From positions 1 to 31,537 of the IMG/VR virus record IMGVR_UViG_3300027419_000076: a DNA stretch of 31,537 bases; one strand, 5' to 3'. Under the pieces are notes generated by a model that saw only the letters and a program-made list of their open reading frames with translations, was not told the DNA's origin and ran no database searches. Source of the DNA: a virus. Lineage: Duplodnaviria > Caudoviricetes. The position numbers were made by a program, and so were the translations under genes. Positions 1 to 10,065 of this stretch are shown in pieces; within the stretch, counting starts at the first letter, position 1, and every line of letters starts with the position of its first letter.

Positions 1-2
1 GT

Positions 3-221
3 AATAATAACTTGTGTGAATTGAAAAAAGAAATGCGAATTTGTGCTTCAAGAGATTTACCACTAGATACTTTAATTTATATAGATGGTATTGGAGAATG
101 TGTTATAAAAGATAGAATGAATAAAAGATATAAAGGAACTAATAGAGTTGACGTGTTATTTGATAGTAAACAGGAAGCAATTAATTTTGGTAAACAACAA
201 TTAAAATATGTCATTATTTAG
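3..221 (+). CDS. 3D (3-Asp) domain protein, 5'-truncated
   Basis: Frame open from window edge; CAS-x-DLPLDT-x-IYIDG...KDR...RVDV..S..EA..FG pattern typical of 3D domains. Confidence 0.7.
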   Translation, partial: NNNLCELKKEMRICASRDLPLDTLIYIDGIGECVIKDRMNKRYKGTNRVDVLFDSKQEAINFGKQQLKYVII

Positions 222-366
222 TCAAATAATTTTAGGGAATGAACTTGCGATTGGCTGGTTCTTATTTTTCTTAGCAGAAGTGATATTAGTTTGTCTAGTT
301 AGACCTATCTGGTTTTTTATTCTGTCTTTTCTGTTTTACATTGGTTTAACTATGATGAACATATGA
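208..366 (+). CDS. small membrane protein (52 aa)
   Basis: Read manually: MSLFSQIILGNELAIGWFLFFLAEVILVCLVRPIWFFILSFLFYIGLTMMNI; fills the gap, ATGA overlap with next gene. Confidence 0.65.
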   Translation: MSLFSQIILGNELAIGWFLFFLAEVILVCLVRPIWFFILSFLFYIGLTMMNI

Positions 367-809
367 AGAAAGCAAAGAAAAAAATTAATCTTAAAGAAAA
401 ATTGTGGAAATTATTTAGTGAATATATCCGATTAAGAGATGCTGATGATAGGGGATATGTTAGTTGTATATCGTGCGGAAAAGTAAGTCATTGGAAAGAT
501 TGTGATGCCGGTCATTTTATAGCAAAGAATAGTGGAATGTTTTTTTACTTTAATGAAGATGATGTTCACGGTCAATGTGGATATTGTAATCGTTTCTTAC
601 ACGGTAACTTATTAAACTACCGAAGGAGATTAGTTGAAAAGATTGGACTTGATGAAGTAGAAAAATTGGAATATCAATCACAGATGGGAATTAGGGAAGA
701 ATTAAATGCTGAATGTAAATATACTGATGAAGATTACAAAGATTTAATTAATATATATAAAGATAAAATAAATGAACTCAAGAATGCTAAATCTTGGGAA
801 CGACAATAA
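363..809 (+). CDS. ninG: NinG/Rap-like recombination endonuclease
   Basis: FSEYIRLRD, CISCG, DAGHF, VHGQC..CN motifs. Confidence 0.85.
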   Translation: MKKAKKKINLKEKLWKLFSEYIRLRDADDRGYVSCISCGKVSHWKDCDAGHFIAKNSGMFFYFNEDDVHGQCGYCNRFLHGNLLNYRRRLVEKIGLDEVEKLEYQSQMGIREELNAECKYTDEDYKDLINIYKDKINELKNAKSWERQ

Positions 810-811
810 GT

Positions 812-1171
812 ATGTCTGATTTAAAACTAAACGAAAATCAATTAAAGATATCTGGTCGCTGTAATATTTTATCAGGATTAACTCTTGGTAAAAACTATGA
901 TTTAACTATTGGTGATGTAGAGTGTCGTAAGTCTGAAGATATTCCTAATGATGATGGAACTAGGAACGTTATCTATACGTTGAAGTTAAGTCCAATGTCT
1001 GAAGTGAATGTAATTGATGAAAAAGAAATTATTCAAACTAAGAAAAAGAAAGGAAGTCAAAGCCAGGTATTAAGAATGAAGATTGAAGAACGTTGGGAAC
1101 AGATGGGAAGCGATATGGATAAAGAAGCATTTTACGTTAGGGAGATGTCAAGAATTATTAGTAATTATTAA
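812..1171 (+). CDS. hypothetical protein
   Basis: ORF track 794..1171; ATG at 812 fits gene packing better. Confidence 0.6.
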   Translation: MSDLKLNENQLKISGRCNILSGLTLGKNYDLTIGDVECRKSEDIPNDDGTRNVIYTLKLSPMSEVNVIDEKEIIQTKKKKGSQSQVLRMKIEERWEQMGSDMDKEAFYVREMSRIISNY

Positions 1172-1175
1172 TATT

Positions 1176-1248
1176 GTTCTCATAGTTTAACTGGACAAAA
1201 CACTGGTCTTCTAAACCGGAATTCCAGGTTCGACTCCTGGTGGGAACA
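1176..1248 (+). tRNA. tRNA-Arg(UCU)
   Basis: Acceptor GTTCTCA/TGGGAAC, anticodon arm CTGGT-CTTCTAA-ACCGG, T-loop TTCGACT. Confidence 0.93.
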
Positions 1249-1255
1249 CAAATAT

Positions 1256-1384
1256 ATGAAACGTAGAAAAAACATCAGATGGGAATACAATCTTGATGGG
1301 ATGTCTAGATACGAAGTAATAAAAGGTTTTTGGAAAAAATATTGGAGTAGATGGAATAAAAGAAGATTAAAAAACTTAGATTAA
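1256..1384 (+). CDS. small basic protein (42 aa)
   Basis: Manual ORF MKRRKNIRWEYNLDG...RRLKNLD filling the gap. Confidence 0.55.
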   Translation: MKRRKNIRWEYNLDGMSRYEVIKGFWKKYWSRWNKRRLKNLD

Positions 1385-1387
1385 TAT

Positions 1388-1963
1388 ATGGAAAAAATAA
1401 TAGAACAATTTAAAATGAACTCTGATGGAATACGTGTTGTTTTATTAATCCATCGTTCTAAAGAAGGTGGTGCTAATAATAAATTTAAACGCCATCTAAG
1501 AAAGATTATCACTACTAACTCTGATGAGTTTTTTTCCGCTATTACGGAACTAAAAGAAATAAAAGATAATGATGAAAGACCACTTAGAATTTATGCTTCT
1601 TGTAATAATCGTGATTTAAACAAAGCTATTAGATTATTTAAAGAACAACAGTTAGCTACTGATTACGACCCTGAAGAAAAATTATCATCTTTCTACTTAG
1701 ATATTAAGAATAGATTTATTTCTTGCTTAATGAATAAGTCTTGTAGAAATGAAAAGAATTTCTTGTTTGATTTAGATGAAGTTGATGATAGAAGTTTCCA
1801 TTCTATTTATAATATATTAGAAAAACAAACAGAGATAGTTAATTATTATCCAACAAAGAATGGATATCACATTATAACTAAACCATTTAATTATTTTAAA
1901 ACATTAGATAAAGAAATCGCTGATACTATTCAAACAGATGCTTTAATGTTAATTGATTTCTAG
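1388..1963 (+). CDS. AEP (archaeo-eukaryotic primase)-superfamily-like nucleotidyltransferase
   Basis: hhhDhD motif (FLFDLD), TKNGYH motif II, C-terminal D. Confidence 0.5.
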   Translation: MEKIIEQFKMNSDGIRVVLLIHRSKEGGANNKFKRHLRKIITTNSDEFFSAITELKEIKDNDERPLRIYASCNNRDLNKAIRLFKEQQLATDYDPEEKLSSFYLDIKNRFISCLMNKSCRNEKNFLFDLDEVDDRSFHSIYNILEKQTEIVNYYPTKNGYHIITKPFNYFKTLDKEIADTIQTDALMLIDF

Positions 1964-1986
1964 AATTAGTTAAAAATAACAATTAT

Positions 1987-2655
1987 ATGAAACAATATGT
2001 CATAGGAGATATACACGGTGGTTATCGTGCTTTAAAACAATGCCTAGAACGTAGTCACTTTAGATATAATATAGACCAATTAATTTGTCTTGGAGATATA
2101 GTTGATGGATGGAGTGAAACACCGTTGGTTATTGAAGAATTACTGAAGATTAAGAACTTGGTTTTAATTGAAGGTAATCACGATACTTGGGCTAGGGAAT
2201 GGTTTAAATTTGGTGCTAGACCGATTATATGGACACAACAAGGTGGTCAAGCCACGATTGATTCATATATATCAAATCCGGAGTTAATGATTAAGCATAG
2301 AGAGTTTTTTGACAAAGCGGTTAAATGTTATGTAGATGAAGATAGATTATTTGTTCACGGTGGATTTAGATTGGGAACACCGGCAACAGAACAAGACCTT
2401 CGTTATCTAACTTGGGATAGAGATTTATACGATAGAAGAAATAACACTTTAGATATCAGTCCGTATAAAGAAGTATTTATTGGTCATACTACAACTTGGA
2501 ATATATCTCATAATCCATTTTGTAGAAATAATGTTTGGTTCTTAGACCAAGGTGGTGGATGGGAAGGTAAACTAACTATAATGAATATTAATACACACGA
2601 ATTTTGGCAATCTGATGTTGTAAAAACATTATATCCGGAATGTCGTGGAAGATAA
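1987..2655 (+). CDS. calcineurin-like metallophosphoesterase (NinI/ApaH-like)
   Basis: GDIHG, GDIVD, GNHD, VHGG, GHT motifs. Confidence 0.9.
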   Translation: MKQYVIGDIHGGYRALKQCLERSHFRYNIDQLICLGDIVDGWSETPLVIEELLKIKNLVLIEGNHDTWAREWFKFGARPIIWTQQGGQATIDSYISNPELMIKHREFFDKAVKCYVDEDRLFVHGGFRLGTPATEQDLRYLTWDRDLYDRRNNTLDISPYKEVFIGHTTTWNISHNPFCRNNVWFLDQGGGWEGKLTIMNINTHEFWQSDVVKTLYPECRGR

Positions 2656-2659
2656 AACT

Positions 2660-3082
2660 ATGAACGAAACAAAAACATTAAGAGAATTTGGAAACGGAGC
2701 AACAAGAAGTTCGGCACTTGGTAAAATTGATTGGCTAGGAGTCCGTCATCCTAAAGTAGAATCTTCATACGGAAACTATATGCGAAAGCATACACAGACC
2801 GAAGATGGCACACAGAGAGCTTATAATAACTGGTGGGGTGGATGGAGTGAAGATGTAAGCATTCAATCATTAAATAGACACGTAGAAGATTTAAACGCTA
2901 TTGAAGCCGGACAATACGTTTACAAGATTAAAGGATTTCACGGAGAACACACTTTAATCTATGATGAACCAAATAAAAAACTAGATGAGTTCGGAGCAAG
3001 AATTACTAAAGAAGATTGTTACAACGCAATTAGATTCAACTGCGGAGCTGGATTACTAGAGTATTTAAGAAAAAATAAATAA
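2660..3082 (+). CDS. DUF5664-like dATP/dGTP diphosphohydrolase-related protein
   Basis: F.NGATRS...GK, NW..G, SLNRH, A..FN pattern; ATG at 2660. Confidence 0.55.
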   Translation: MNETKTLREFGNGATRSSALGKIDWLGVRHPKVESSYGNYMRKHTQTEDGTQRAYNNWWGGWSEDVSIQSLNRHVEDLNAIEAGQYVYKIKGFHGEHTLIYDEPNKKLDEFGARITKEDCYNAIRFNCGAGLLEYLRKNK

Positions 3083-3085
3083 TAT

Positions 3086-3925
3086 ATGATTAACTTACAA
3101 AAGTTATTAGTAACAAGGGATGATGATTTATTGGTAGAGTTCCCTGGTTACTCAAGAAGCGAACTTAGAAGAATGAAACATCAAATACCTGGTAGAGTTC
3201 CTAAGATTTTAGTCTTTGATATTGAAACTTCCTTTATGGAGAATTATACCTGGGGAACTTTCAAACAAGATATAGCAATCAATCAAATCAAAAATGATTG
3301 GAATATGATTTGTTGGTCTGCTAAATGGTTATTCTCTGATGAAGTAATTCACGATAGATTAACCGGAAAAGAAAGTAGACGTAAAGACGATAAGCGTATC
3401 ACTAAAAGTCTTTGGAAATTATTAGATGAAGCTGATATAGTAGTAGCTCACAATGGAGATTCATTTGATATTAAAAAGTCTAACGCTAGATTCTTGTATC
3501 ACGATTTGGGATTACCAAGTCCATATCGTTCAGTTGATACTTTAAAGATAGCACGTAAGAATTTTAGAATCACATCTAATAAGCTTGATTATCTTTGTAA
3601 GTTCTTAGGTTTAGAGATGAAGATTAACACTGGTGGCTCTGAACTTTGGATTAAGTGTATGAATGGAGATGAAGAAGCACTTGAACAAATGGATGTTTAT
3701 TGCCAAAACGATGTCAAGATTCTAGAATCACTTTATCTTAAATTAAGACCATACGATAAATCACATCCTAAAATTGGTTTATATATGGATAATTCTTCTC
3801 TATGCCACAACTGTGGTTCTAAGAAGGTAAAAGAGAAGGGTTTCTATACAACACTTGCTCATAAATATAAATACAAAAGATGTGAGTGTGGTGCGATTAA
3901 TTATACTAAAGAATTAATAAGTTAA
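3086..3925 (+). CDS. RNase H-like (DnaQ/YprB type) 3'-5' exonuclease with C-terminal Zn ribbon
   Basis: FDIET, AHNGDSFD, DTL, LDYL, YCQNDV; CHNC...C.C. Confidence 0.85.
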   Translation: MINLQKLLVTRDDDLLVEFPGYSRSELRRMKHQIPGRVPKILVFDIETSFMENYTWGTFKQDIAINQIKNDWNMICWSAKWLFSDEVIHDRLTGKESRRKDDKRITKSLWKLLDEADIVVAHNGDSFDIKKSNARFLYHDLGLPSPYRSVDTLKIARKNFRITSNKLDYLCKFLGLEMKINTGGSELWIKCMNGDEEALEQMDVYCQNDVKILESLYLKLRPYDKSHPKIGLYMDNSSLCHNCGSKKVKEKGFYTTLAHKYKYKRCECGAINYTKELIS

Positions 3926-3929
3926 ATTT

Positions 3930-4091
3930 ATGAGTTTATTTGGAGCATTAACTAAAGTTTTATTAGCACCGGTAACAATCGCTGCTGATGTGATAACTTT
4001 AGGTGGAGCTATGAACGAAAGGCATCAACCATATACAGTTAGTTTACTGGAAGATATTGGTGATGAAATAGAAGATAGTTTAGATAACTAA
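3930..4091 (+). CDS. small phage protein (53 aa)
   Basis: Manual ORF MSLFGALTKVLLAPVTIAADVITLGGAMNE...; ends just before terminator. Confidence 0.65.
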   Translation: MSLFGALTKVLLAPVTIAADVITLGGAMNERHQPYTVSLLEDIGDEIEDSLDN

Positions 4092-4100
4092 TTTAGATAC

Positions 4101-4130
4101 AAAAAAAGACTACGATTGGGTAGTCTTTTT
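4101..4130. terminator. bidirectional intrinsic terminator
   Basis: AAAAAGACTAC-GATTGG-GTAGTCTTTTT between convergent operons. Confidence 0.85.
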
Positions 4131-4143
4131 GTTATCTATTTTA

Positions 4144-7100
4144 TTATTTACTTTCTCCAAGAGCTTTTGCTCCAACAGCGATACCACCAACTCCAAACAT
4201 TAAGTCTGAAAAGTTTTTCTTTAATAGATTAGCCTTTTCTTCTTTGTCTTTATATACAACAACTCTTAATCCGGACTTCTTTAATGAATCTATTTTTTCT
4301 TGTGGTGTGCCTTCGGGAACTAAAGCACCTTTCCAATCACTAAGTTTAACTTCTCTTAAAGCCTTGGCTTCAAAATAATCAGACTTAATATTACCGTAAG
4401 TGTCTTTTAGTAATTTACCAAATGTAGATGCTTCAGCAGTTGTTAATTTACTTCCGTTGAACTTCTTAAATGAATTTTTAATAAGATTTATATCATCATA
4501 TCTACTCTTACTAATAACATCATAAACACCTTCACTATTTTCATCAACTTCAATTCCCATATCATCAGCCTTGCTTAAAAGATTATCTACTTTCTTTGTT
4601 CCTTCAGCTTCAGCCTTTTCTTTTGTTGTTAAAAGTTTAGCACTTTTCTTAATATCAGAGATACTTGAGAATTGTTTAAATGCGTGAACTCTTGATGGAG
4701 CAGCCCAATTTTCAGTTGCTCTTACATTATCGTTGTTTTGTTGAACTGATTGTTCCATTTTTTTAACAATATTTTCGTTAGTATATGGTAATTGTTCTTC
4801 AAAATCTTTTGCTAATGATTGAACATAATCATACATATCAATACCTTTCTTTTCAGCGATTGCTTCTAGAGTATTAATTGTATCAAAATCATTTTCAATT
4901 TGTAGAGCAAATTCTTCAAAGTCAGGTGATTCATTAAAAAATGTTCTAAATAATTTATTCTTATTTAATAATGTTTTTAATTCACCGGTAGGAACTTCTT
5001 TTTTTACAGATAGAAATGGTTCTCCATAGATAGCTTCTGCTAAATCTTTAGCTGTTTTTGAATCTATTTCATCCCAACCATCAATTCTATTAGCAAATTC
5101 ATCTTTTGTATATTCATTAGAAAAATTTCTAGCATCTCTGCTAACTCTTTCTAATGTTTCAGGGGATATATTACTAAACTTAGGGTCTTTAACAAAATCA
5201 AATTTATTAATTTTATATGATGGTTTAGTTGTTCTAACTGAATAGATATCACCACTAAATACTTTATTAGATTTAATAGCAGGGTCAATCATTCCCTTAT
5301 CTCCAACTAAAGTGATATTTCCAAAATCATTATAAGGAATATCTTTCTTTACAATAGCGATACTAGGAGCTGGTTGGCTACCTTGTGCTATAATCTTATC
5401 TAGATTAGTATCGTATGTATTATGTAGAACGAAAAGATTTTTAGTTTCTTGAACTTTAGGATTCTTTTGTTTTAAGATTGCTTCCTTAGCTTTCGTAACT
5501 ACTTCGCTTTCTTTTACTTGACCTTCTTTTTTTATTTGTGTAAAAGGAACTCTTAATTGTTTACCGTCTTTATCTGTAATTACAGCACTATCTCCGCTAA
5601 CTCCATAAGGTTTATCAAAGGTATATTTATTTCCTAGATATTCAACTACATCACCTTTATTATATTCAGTAGCTTTAACAATCTGTTCTTTAATAGGCAT
5701 AACTTGTTTATCAGTTATCTTATTAATTGTAGATTGAGATTTAGCCGGAAGTAAGATAGGATTCTTTCCAGGTGCGTTAAGAAGTTTTGGTGCTTCTTTA
5801 ACCTTCATTGAATCAAGTAAAAGTTGTGCTTCTTCTTGAGTAAATAATCTTGAAGTGTCAGTCTTACCACCAACTTGAATTGATTTAGGAGCTTCTAATA
5901 ACTTTCTAGATGCTCTTTCTAAACCACGTTTTTCTAATATCTTTTGTGCTTCTTCAATTACTTCAAATCTACCTTCTTTTTGTAATCTATTATATATCTT
6001 TGATAATAAAGTTGTTCTTGTTTTTGGATTATTAACTATATCAGCTAAAATACCACCTGTGATATTTCCAACGATAGAACCAGGTAATCCACCACCGGCA
6101 GCACCAGCGATACTTCCAGCTATTCTTGTAAGACCCTTACCAAGCATACCACCAGGTAATGTCTTTCCGTTAGATGTTTCTAATACTTTAATTGCTTGTG
6201 CGAAATCACCAAGTCTTTTATTTAATTTAGCTACTTCAGCATCATCAATAACTTCTTCAATTAATTCCTTAGCACTGTGACCCATTTGATAAAATATATC
6301 AGCATCTAATTCAGAGCCAGGAACTCTACGTGATACAGATGATTTTTGCCATAGACCACTTTTAATATCATTAAAATCTGTAACATCAATATATGATTGA
6401 CCATCAACATCTGTAATTCTATCTGCGTAATTCTTCTTGTATGCTTCAATTTCTCTATCTACTTTAGTTACTGCGTTTTGTAAATCTTCACCACGATTTT
6501 TAAGGTCTTCAGTTAATTCTTGTTTTAATCTATTTCCATATTCATCTAAAGAAACTTTTTTACCAGAATCTTTTAGAATGTTTTTAAAAGCAGTATTTTC
6601 TAATTGAGATTTAGCTCTTAAAGCAGAAATAGCATCATCAGCTTTAATCTTTCCATTTTGTGAATCAATTAAAGGTAATACTCTTTCTTGAACTAAAAAT
6701 TTAGGAGTGCTTTTATTCCAAGCTGCTTCTTTTTTAATAGCAGTAGGAGTCATTTTTGTTAAGTCTTGTGCTACATTAACAAGTCTTTTTTCAGATGAAG
6801 ATAAAAGTTTTGTTTTAATTGCTGGAATTGTTTGTGTGATAGCTCTACCACCTAATCCTAAAGCAGGACTTAATACAGCTCCACCAACAGCTCCACCTAA
6901 AGCACCACCAACAGCTCCACCTAATACATTTCTGTCTTGATTAAGAGCTTGTCCAGCACCATATAAAGCACCTGCTTCAGCACCAGTCTTAGCACCGGTA
7001 ATAGCTAAATTTTTAGCTACTGTTCTAAGTGGTGTTTTTAATCCGGATATAGCAGATTTAGCTCCACCACCACCAACAAAAGTTGAAGCTAATTCTAAAG

Positions 7101-7485
7101 CAGTTCCGGCTGCTTGTTTTTGACTTTGAATTGTTTTAACTCCTTGTCCAAAAACTGGAATTGTTTCTGCTCTTTCTTTTTGTATTTTTTCACCAGCCTT
7201 AGTAATTGTTTCTAAGGCTTTTTCTTTATTACCAGTAGCCATTTGAAAGCCACCTTTAATAACAGAACCGTATGTTTGACCAGCACTCTTTAAAAGTTCA
7301 GCACCCTTAACAAAAGGACTTACAATATCTCTAGCAACGTTTGTTAAGAAACCTGTTTTCTTTTCATTATAACCTTCAAGAATATTACCCCTGTCAACTA
7401 ATGATTGTAATAATTGAGTTCTATCAACATTTTTAGGTGCGTTATTAATTATTTCAGCTAGTTTCTTTTTTGTTATGTATGCCAT
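4144..7485 (-). CDS. large internal virion/ejection protein, polyvalent, with C-terminal ART-like domain
   Basis: 1113 aa, Gly/Ala-rich hydrophobic segments, last gene of structural operon; C-terminal LHN...PS...FG.ITL...GD / YFEAK motifs. Confidence 0.6.
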   Translation of the reverse strand: MAYITKKKLAEIINNAPKNVDRTQLLQSLVDRGNILEGYNEKKTGFLTNVARDIVSPFVKGAELLKSAGQTYGSVIKGGFQMATGNKEKALETITKAGEKIQKERAETIPVFGQGVKTIQSQKQAAGTALELASTFVGGGGAKSAISGLKTPLRTVAKNLAITGAKTGAEAGALYGAGQALNQDRNVLGGAVGGALGGAVGGAVLSPALGLGGRAITQTIPAIKTKLLSSSEKRLVNVAQDLTKMTPTAIKKEAAWNKSTPKFLVQERVLPLIDSQNGKIKADDAISALRAKSQLENTAFKNILKDSGKKVSLDEYGNRLKQELTEDLKNRGEDLQNAVTKVDREIEAYKKNYADRITDVDGQSYIDVTDFNDIKSGLWQKSSVSRRVPGSELDADIFYQMGHSAKELIEEVIDDAEVAKLNKRLGDFAQAIKVLETSNGKTLPGGMLGKGLTRIAGSIAGAAGGGLPGSIVGNITGGILADIVNNPKTRTTLLSKIYNRLQKEGRFEVIEEAQKILEKRGLERASRKLLEAPKSIQVGGKTDTSRLFTQEEAQLLLDSMKVKEAPKLLNAPGKNPILLPAKSQSTINKITDKQVMPIKEQIVKATEYNKGDVVEYLGNKYTFDKPYGVSGDSAVITDKDGKQLRVPFTQIKKEGQVKESEVVTKAKEAILKQKNPKVQETKNLFVLHNTYDTNLDKIIAQGSQPAPSIAIVKKDIPYNDFGNITLVGDKGMIDPAIKSNKVFSGDIYSVRTTKPSYKINKFDFVKDPKFSNISPETLERVSRDARNFSNEYTKDEFANRIDGWDEIDSKTAKDLAEAIYGEPFLSVKKEVPTGELKTLLNKNKLFRTFFNESPDFEEFALQIENDFDTINTLEAIAEKKGIDMYDYVQSLAKDFEEQLPYTNENIVKKMEQSVQQNNDNVRATENWAAPSRVHAFKQFSSISDIKKSAKLLTTKEKAEAEGTKKVDNLLSKADDMGIEVDENSEGVYDVISKSRYDDINLIKNSFKKFNGSKLTTAEASTFGKLLKDTYGNIKSDYFEAKALREVKLSDWKGALVPEGTPQEKIDSLKKSGLRVVVYKDKEEKANLLKKNFSDLMFGVGGIAVGAKALGESK

Positions 7486-7486
7486 A

Positions 7487-9589
7487 TTATTTTATTCCAG
7501 GAATAGTATTTAAGTAATCATTTAATCCAGTATTTGCTCCAGTAGTTCCGGAAGCACTACCAGTTAAATATTCTTCTAGTTTTGGTTTTGGTAATCCTAA
7601 TGAAAGTGCGATTTGAGCATCGTTAGCAAACGCTAAGAAATTTTTACCTTGTTCTAGTTTCCATTTAATAGTTTGAATATCATCATTATCTGTGATTAAG
7701 AACTTGTTAGCACTACCAGCTTCAGTTGAAGTTAAGGCAGTTCCGAAGAATCCTTTTCTTAATTGAGCTTGACCCATTTCAATAATACCCATTAAATCTG
7801 TATAGTCTTTATCTCTACGAATAGCTAACCAAGGTTTTGCTTTTTCAGCTAAGTTCTTATATGGACCAGCACCGATTTCAGCTTCAGACATTTGTTGTAA
7901 GGCAGAACCCCAAGCGGATTGTGCGTTTTCATATTGACCAAATACTTCTTGTTGACCGGCTGATAATCTATTGTAGTAAGCCCAATTCTTTAAACCTTCA
8001 ACTCCTTGAGAATCAATTAATCTTGATAAGTCACCACGTTGTTGTTTTGTTAAACCTTTAGAAGCTAATAATTGTTGTTTAATAACTGCGATATTATCAC
8101 CACCAGTTTCAGTTGTTGGTTGAGTAGAAACAATATTTTTTAAAGCTCCTGTTACTTTAGAAACATAAGCCGGAACATTATAAGCTACTCCTTTAGAGTT
8201 AGTTCCTATTTTTGTTTCCCATCCTGTTTCACTTCCAGAGTTCCATTTAGCAGCGATTTGTTCTGCGTTTAATCCTTGGTCTAACCAAGATTGAATCTTC
8301 CACTTAGCAACAGCATCTTGATTTTCAGGTGTCATAGCCATATTACCAACTGATTTTCCTAATACTTGAGCAGCATAGTCTTTTGACCAACTAGCCCAAG
8401 TTGAAGGCATAAATTGATAAGCACCATTTTCACCACTTCCACCTTTAGCATTATAATTTCCATTTGATTCAACTTGCTTAATAGCATCTGCGATATTATC
8501 GGCAGTAGCATCTTGTGAACCAATTACATTTGAATTTCCACTAGCATCTTGATTTAGATAAACTACTTTTCCAGTCTTTGTATCAAAGTATCCATAGATA
8601 TTATTACCTAAATCATCTTGACCAACAACTTCAATATTTGGAACTTTAGATAAGTCTTTTAAGAACCCACCAGCAGCAGCGATTTCAATCGCTTCAGCTT
8701 CACTTTTTACTCCTTGTATTTTTCTAATAGTTTCTGAATCTGCTCCACCTTGAGCAGCATCTAGCATAATCTTATTAATTGCTAGTTTTTCATCCTTTTC
8801 TTTTGTAATTAAATTAGTTCTTTCATCTGCTACAAGTTTTAATTGGTCTGCTTTTTTCTTTTCAGCAGCATCCATATCTTTGTATGAGAAATCTAATTGG
8901 TCTTTTAAATTAGCAAGGTAATCTTCTTGTGGTTTATATAAAGCATTAACAGATTTTTCAATCGTATCAGTAGCAAGAGTAATATTTCCTTGATATGCTT
9001 GAGCAACAGCAGAAAGACCAGCTAATTCAACAGCTCTTTGTCTTTGAATAAGTGCTTGTCTTCCATAAATAGAACCGGCAAGACCCTTTCTTCCTTCTTG
9101 AGCAATTTCAGCATTATCGTATTCTGCTTTTAGTGTTGCTATTTGTGGATTTATTTGTTGAAGATTTTTTGTATTACCTTCTAAGTCGTATGTTTGTTGA
9201 CCTTGTTTAATCGCTGCTGTCTTAGCAGTTTTAATATCACCAGCAGTTGTAGCAAATTCTCCTTGAATTTTTGTTTTAGCTGTTTCTTCTGGAGTTGTTT
9301 GACCGGCAAGATTTAATTGAGATTCTAAACCCTTTTGAGTTACATCTGTTCCAGCCATTAAAGAAGTAACATCAGTTGAATCGTAGTTATTTACCGGAGT
9401 AATTGTAGAAGGAGCATTTTCTCCAACTATTGTTGAACTTGGAAGACTTGATGGAAGTGTCGGATTAACTGTTGGCTTTGCTCCCATTAGAGTATACCCT
9501 TGACCAAAAAGAGCCTGTGCTTGTTGTGAGCCAGATTCAACTACTTGTTTTTGACCAGTATTGTTTATTAGAGTTGCTTTGTTAGCCAT
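7487..9589 (-). CDS. virion ejection protein with lytic transglycosylase (SLT) domain
   Basis: AIKQVESNGNY, GAYQFMPSTW, AAKWNSG. Confidence 0.8.
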   Translation of the reverse strand: MANKATLINNTGQKQVVESGSQQAQALFGQGYTLMGAKPTVNPTLPSSLPSSTIVGENAPSTITPVNNYDSTDVTSLMAGTDVTQKGLESQLNLAGQTTPEETAKTKIQGEFATTAGDIKTAKTAAIKQGQQTYDLEGNTKNLQQINPQIATLKAEYDNAEIAQEGRKGLAGSIYGRQALIQRQRAVELAGLSAVAQAYQGNITLATDTIEKSVNALYKPQEDYLANLKDQLDFSYKDMDAAEKKKADQLKLVADERTNLITKEKDEKLAINKIMLDAAQGGADSETIRKIQGVKSEAEAIEIAAAGGFLKDLSKVPNIEVVGQDDLGNNIYGYFDTKTGKVVYLNQDASGNSNVIGSQDATADNIADAIKQVESNGNYNAKGGSGENGAYQFMPSTWASWSKDYAAQVLGKSVGNMAMTPENQDAVAKWKIQSWLDQGLNAEQIAAKWNSGSETGWETKIGTNSKGVAYNVPAYVSKVTGALKNIVSTQPTTETGGDNIAVIKQQLLASKGLTKQQRGDLSRLIDSQGVEGLKNWAYYNRLSAGQQEVFGQYENAQSAWGSALQQMSEAEIGAGPYKNLAEKAKPWLAIRRDKDYTDLMGIIEMGQAQLRKGFFGTALTSTEAGSANKFLITDNDDIQTIKWKLEQGKNFLAFANDAQIALSLGLPKPKLEEYLTGSASGTTGANTGLNDYLNTIPGIK

Positions 9590-9590
9590 A

Positions 9591-10064
9591 TTAGTATTTA
9601 ATTATTTTTGTATGCTTTTTTATATTACAGCCCAAGCATAGTGGCTGTATATTTTCTATTAAATCACTTCCACCTTTAGATAGTGGAATTACGTGGTCTT
9701 CAGTTAGATTTATTTTAGGTTCAGATTTATGACAACAAGGACAGGTATTATTATATTGTTTTTTTAGAAGTTCCCATTCCCCAAATGTGTGTGATAAACT
9801 TTCTATCTTTAATCTTTTTATTACCCTATTGCGTTTATTTTTACTCCAACTAACCATTTTTCTTTTTTCTTCTGATAAGTTTTTATATCTATTGCTATGA
9901 TATTTAGGTATATTACTACTAATACCACCCTTCCAATTTGGATTATCTTGACCAATTTGTTTATCTTTTTTAGTTTTACTAATTTTGTCTTTAGTTTCTT
10001 GTGAGTGTTTTTTACCAGTAAATATTCCTATTCCCTTTTGAAAACCACGTAATCCTTTAGGCAT
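9591..10064 (-). CDS. NUMOD3-HNH homing endonuclease
   Basis: GKKHSQETKDKIS (NUMOD3), NPNWKGG, CPCC, DHVIPLSKGG...N...LC..CN. Confidence 0.9.
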   Translation of the reverse strand: MPKGLRGFQKGIGIFTGKKHSQETKDKISKTKKDKQIGQDNPNWKGGISSNIPKYHSNRYKNLSEEKRKMVSWSKNKRNRVIKRLKIESLSHTFGEWELLKKQYNNTCPCCHKSEPKINLTEDHVIPLSKGGSDLIENIQPLCLGCNIKKHTKIIKY

Positions 10065-10065
10065 A

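Noticed and set aside
1208-1214. Possible amber suppressor (CTA) reading of the tRNA at 1176
   Set aside because: Seven-nt loop centres on TCT; TAG is used as a normal stop and genes are intact in code 11
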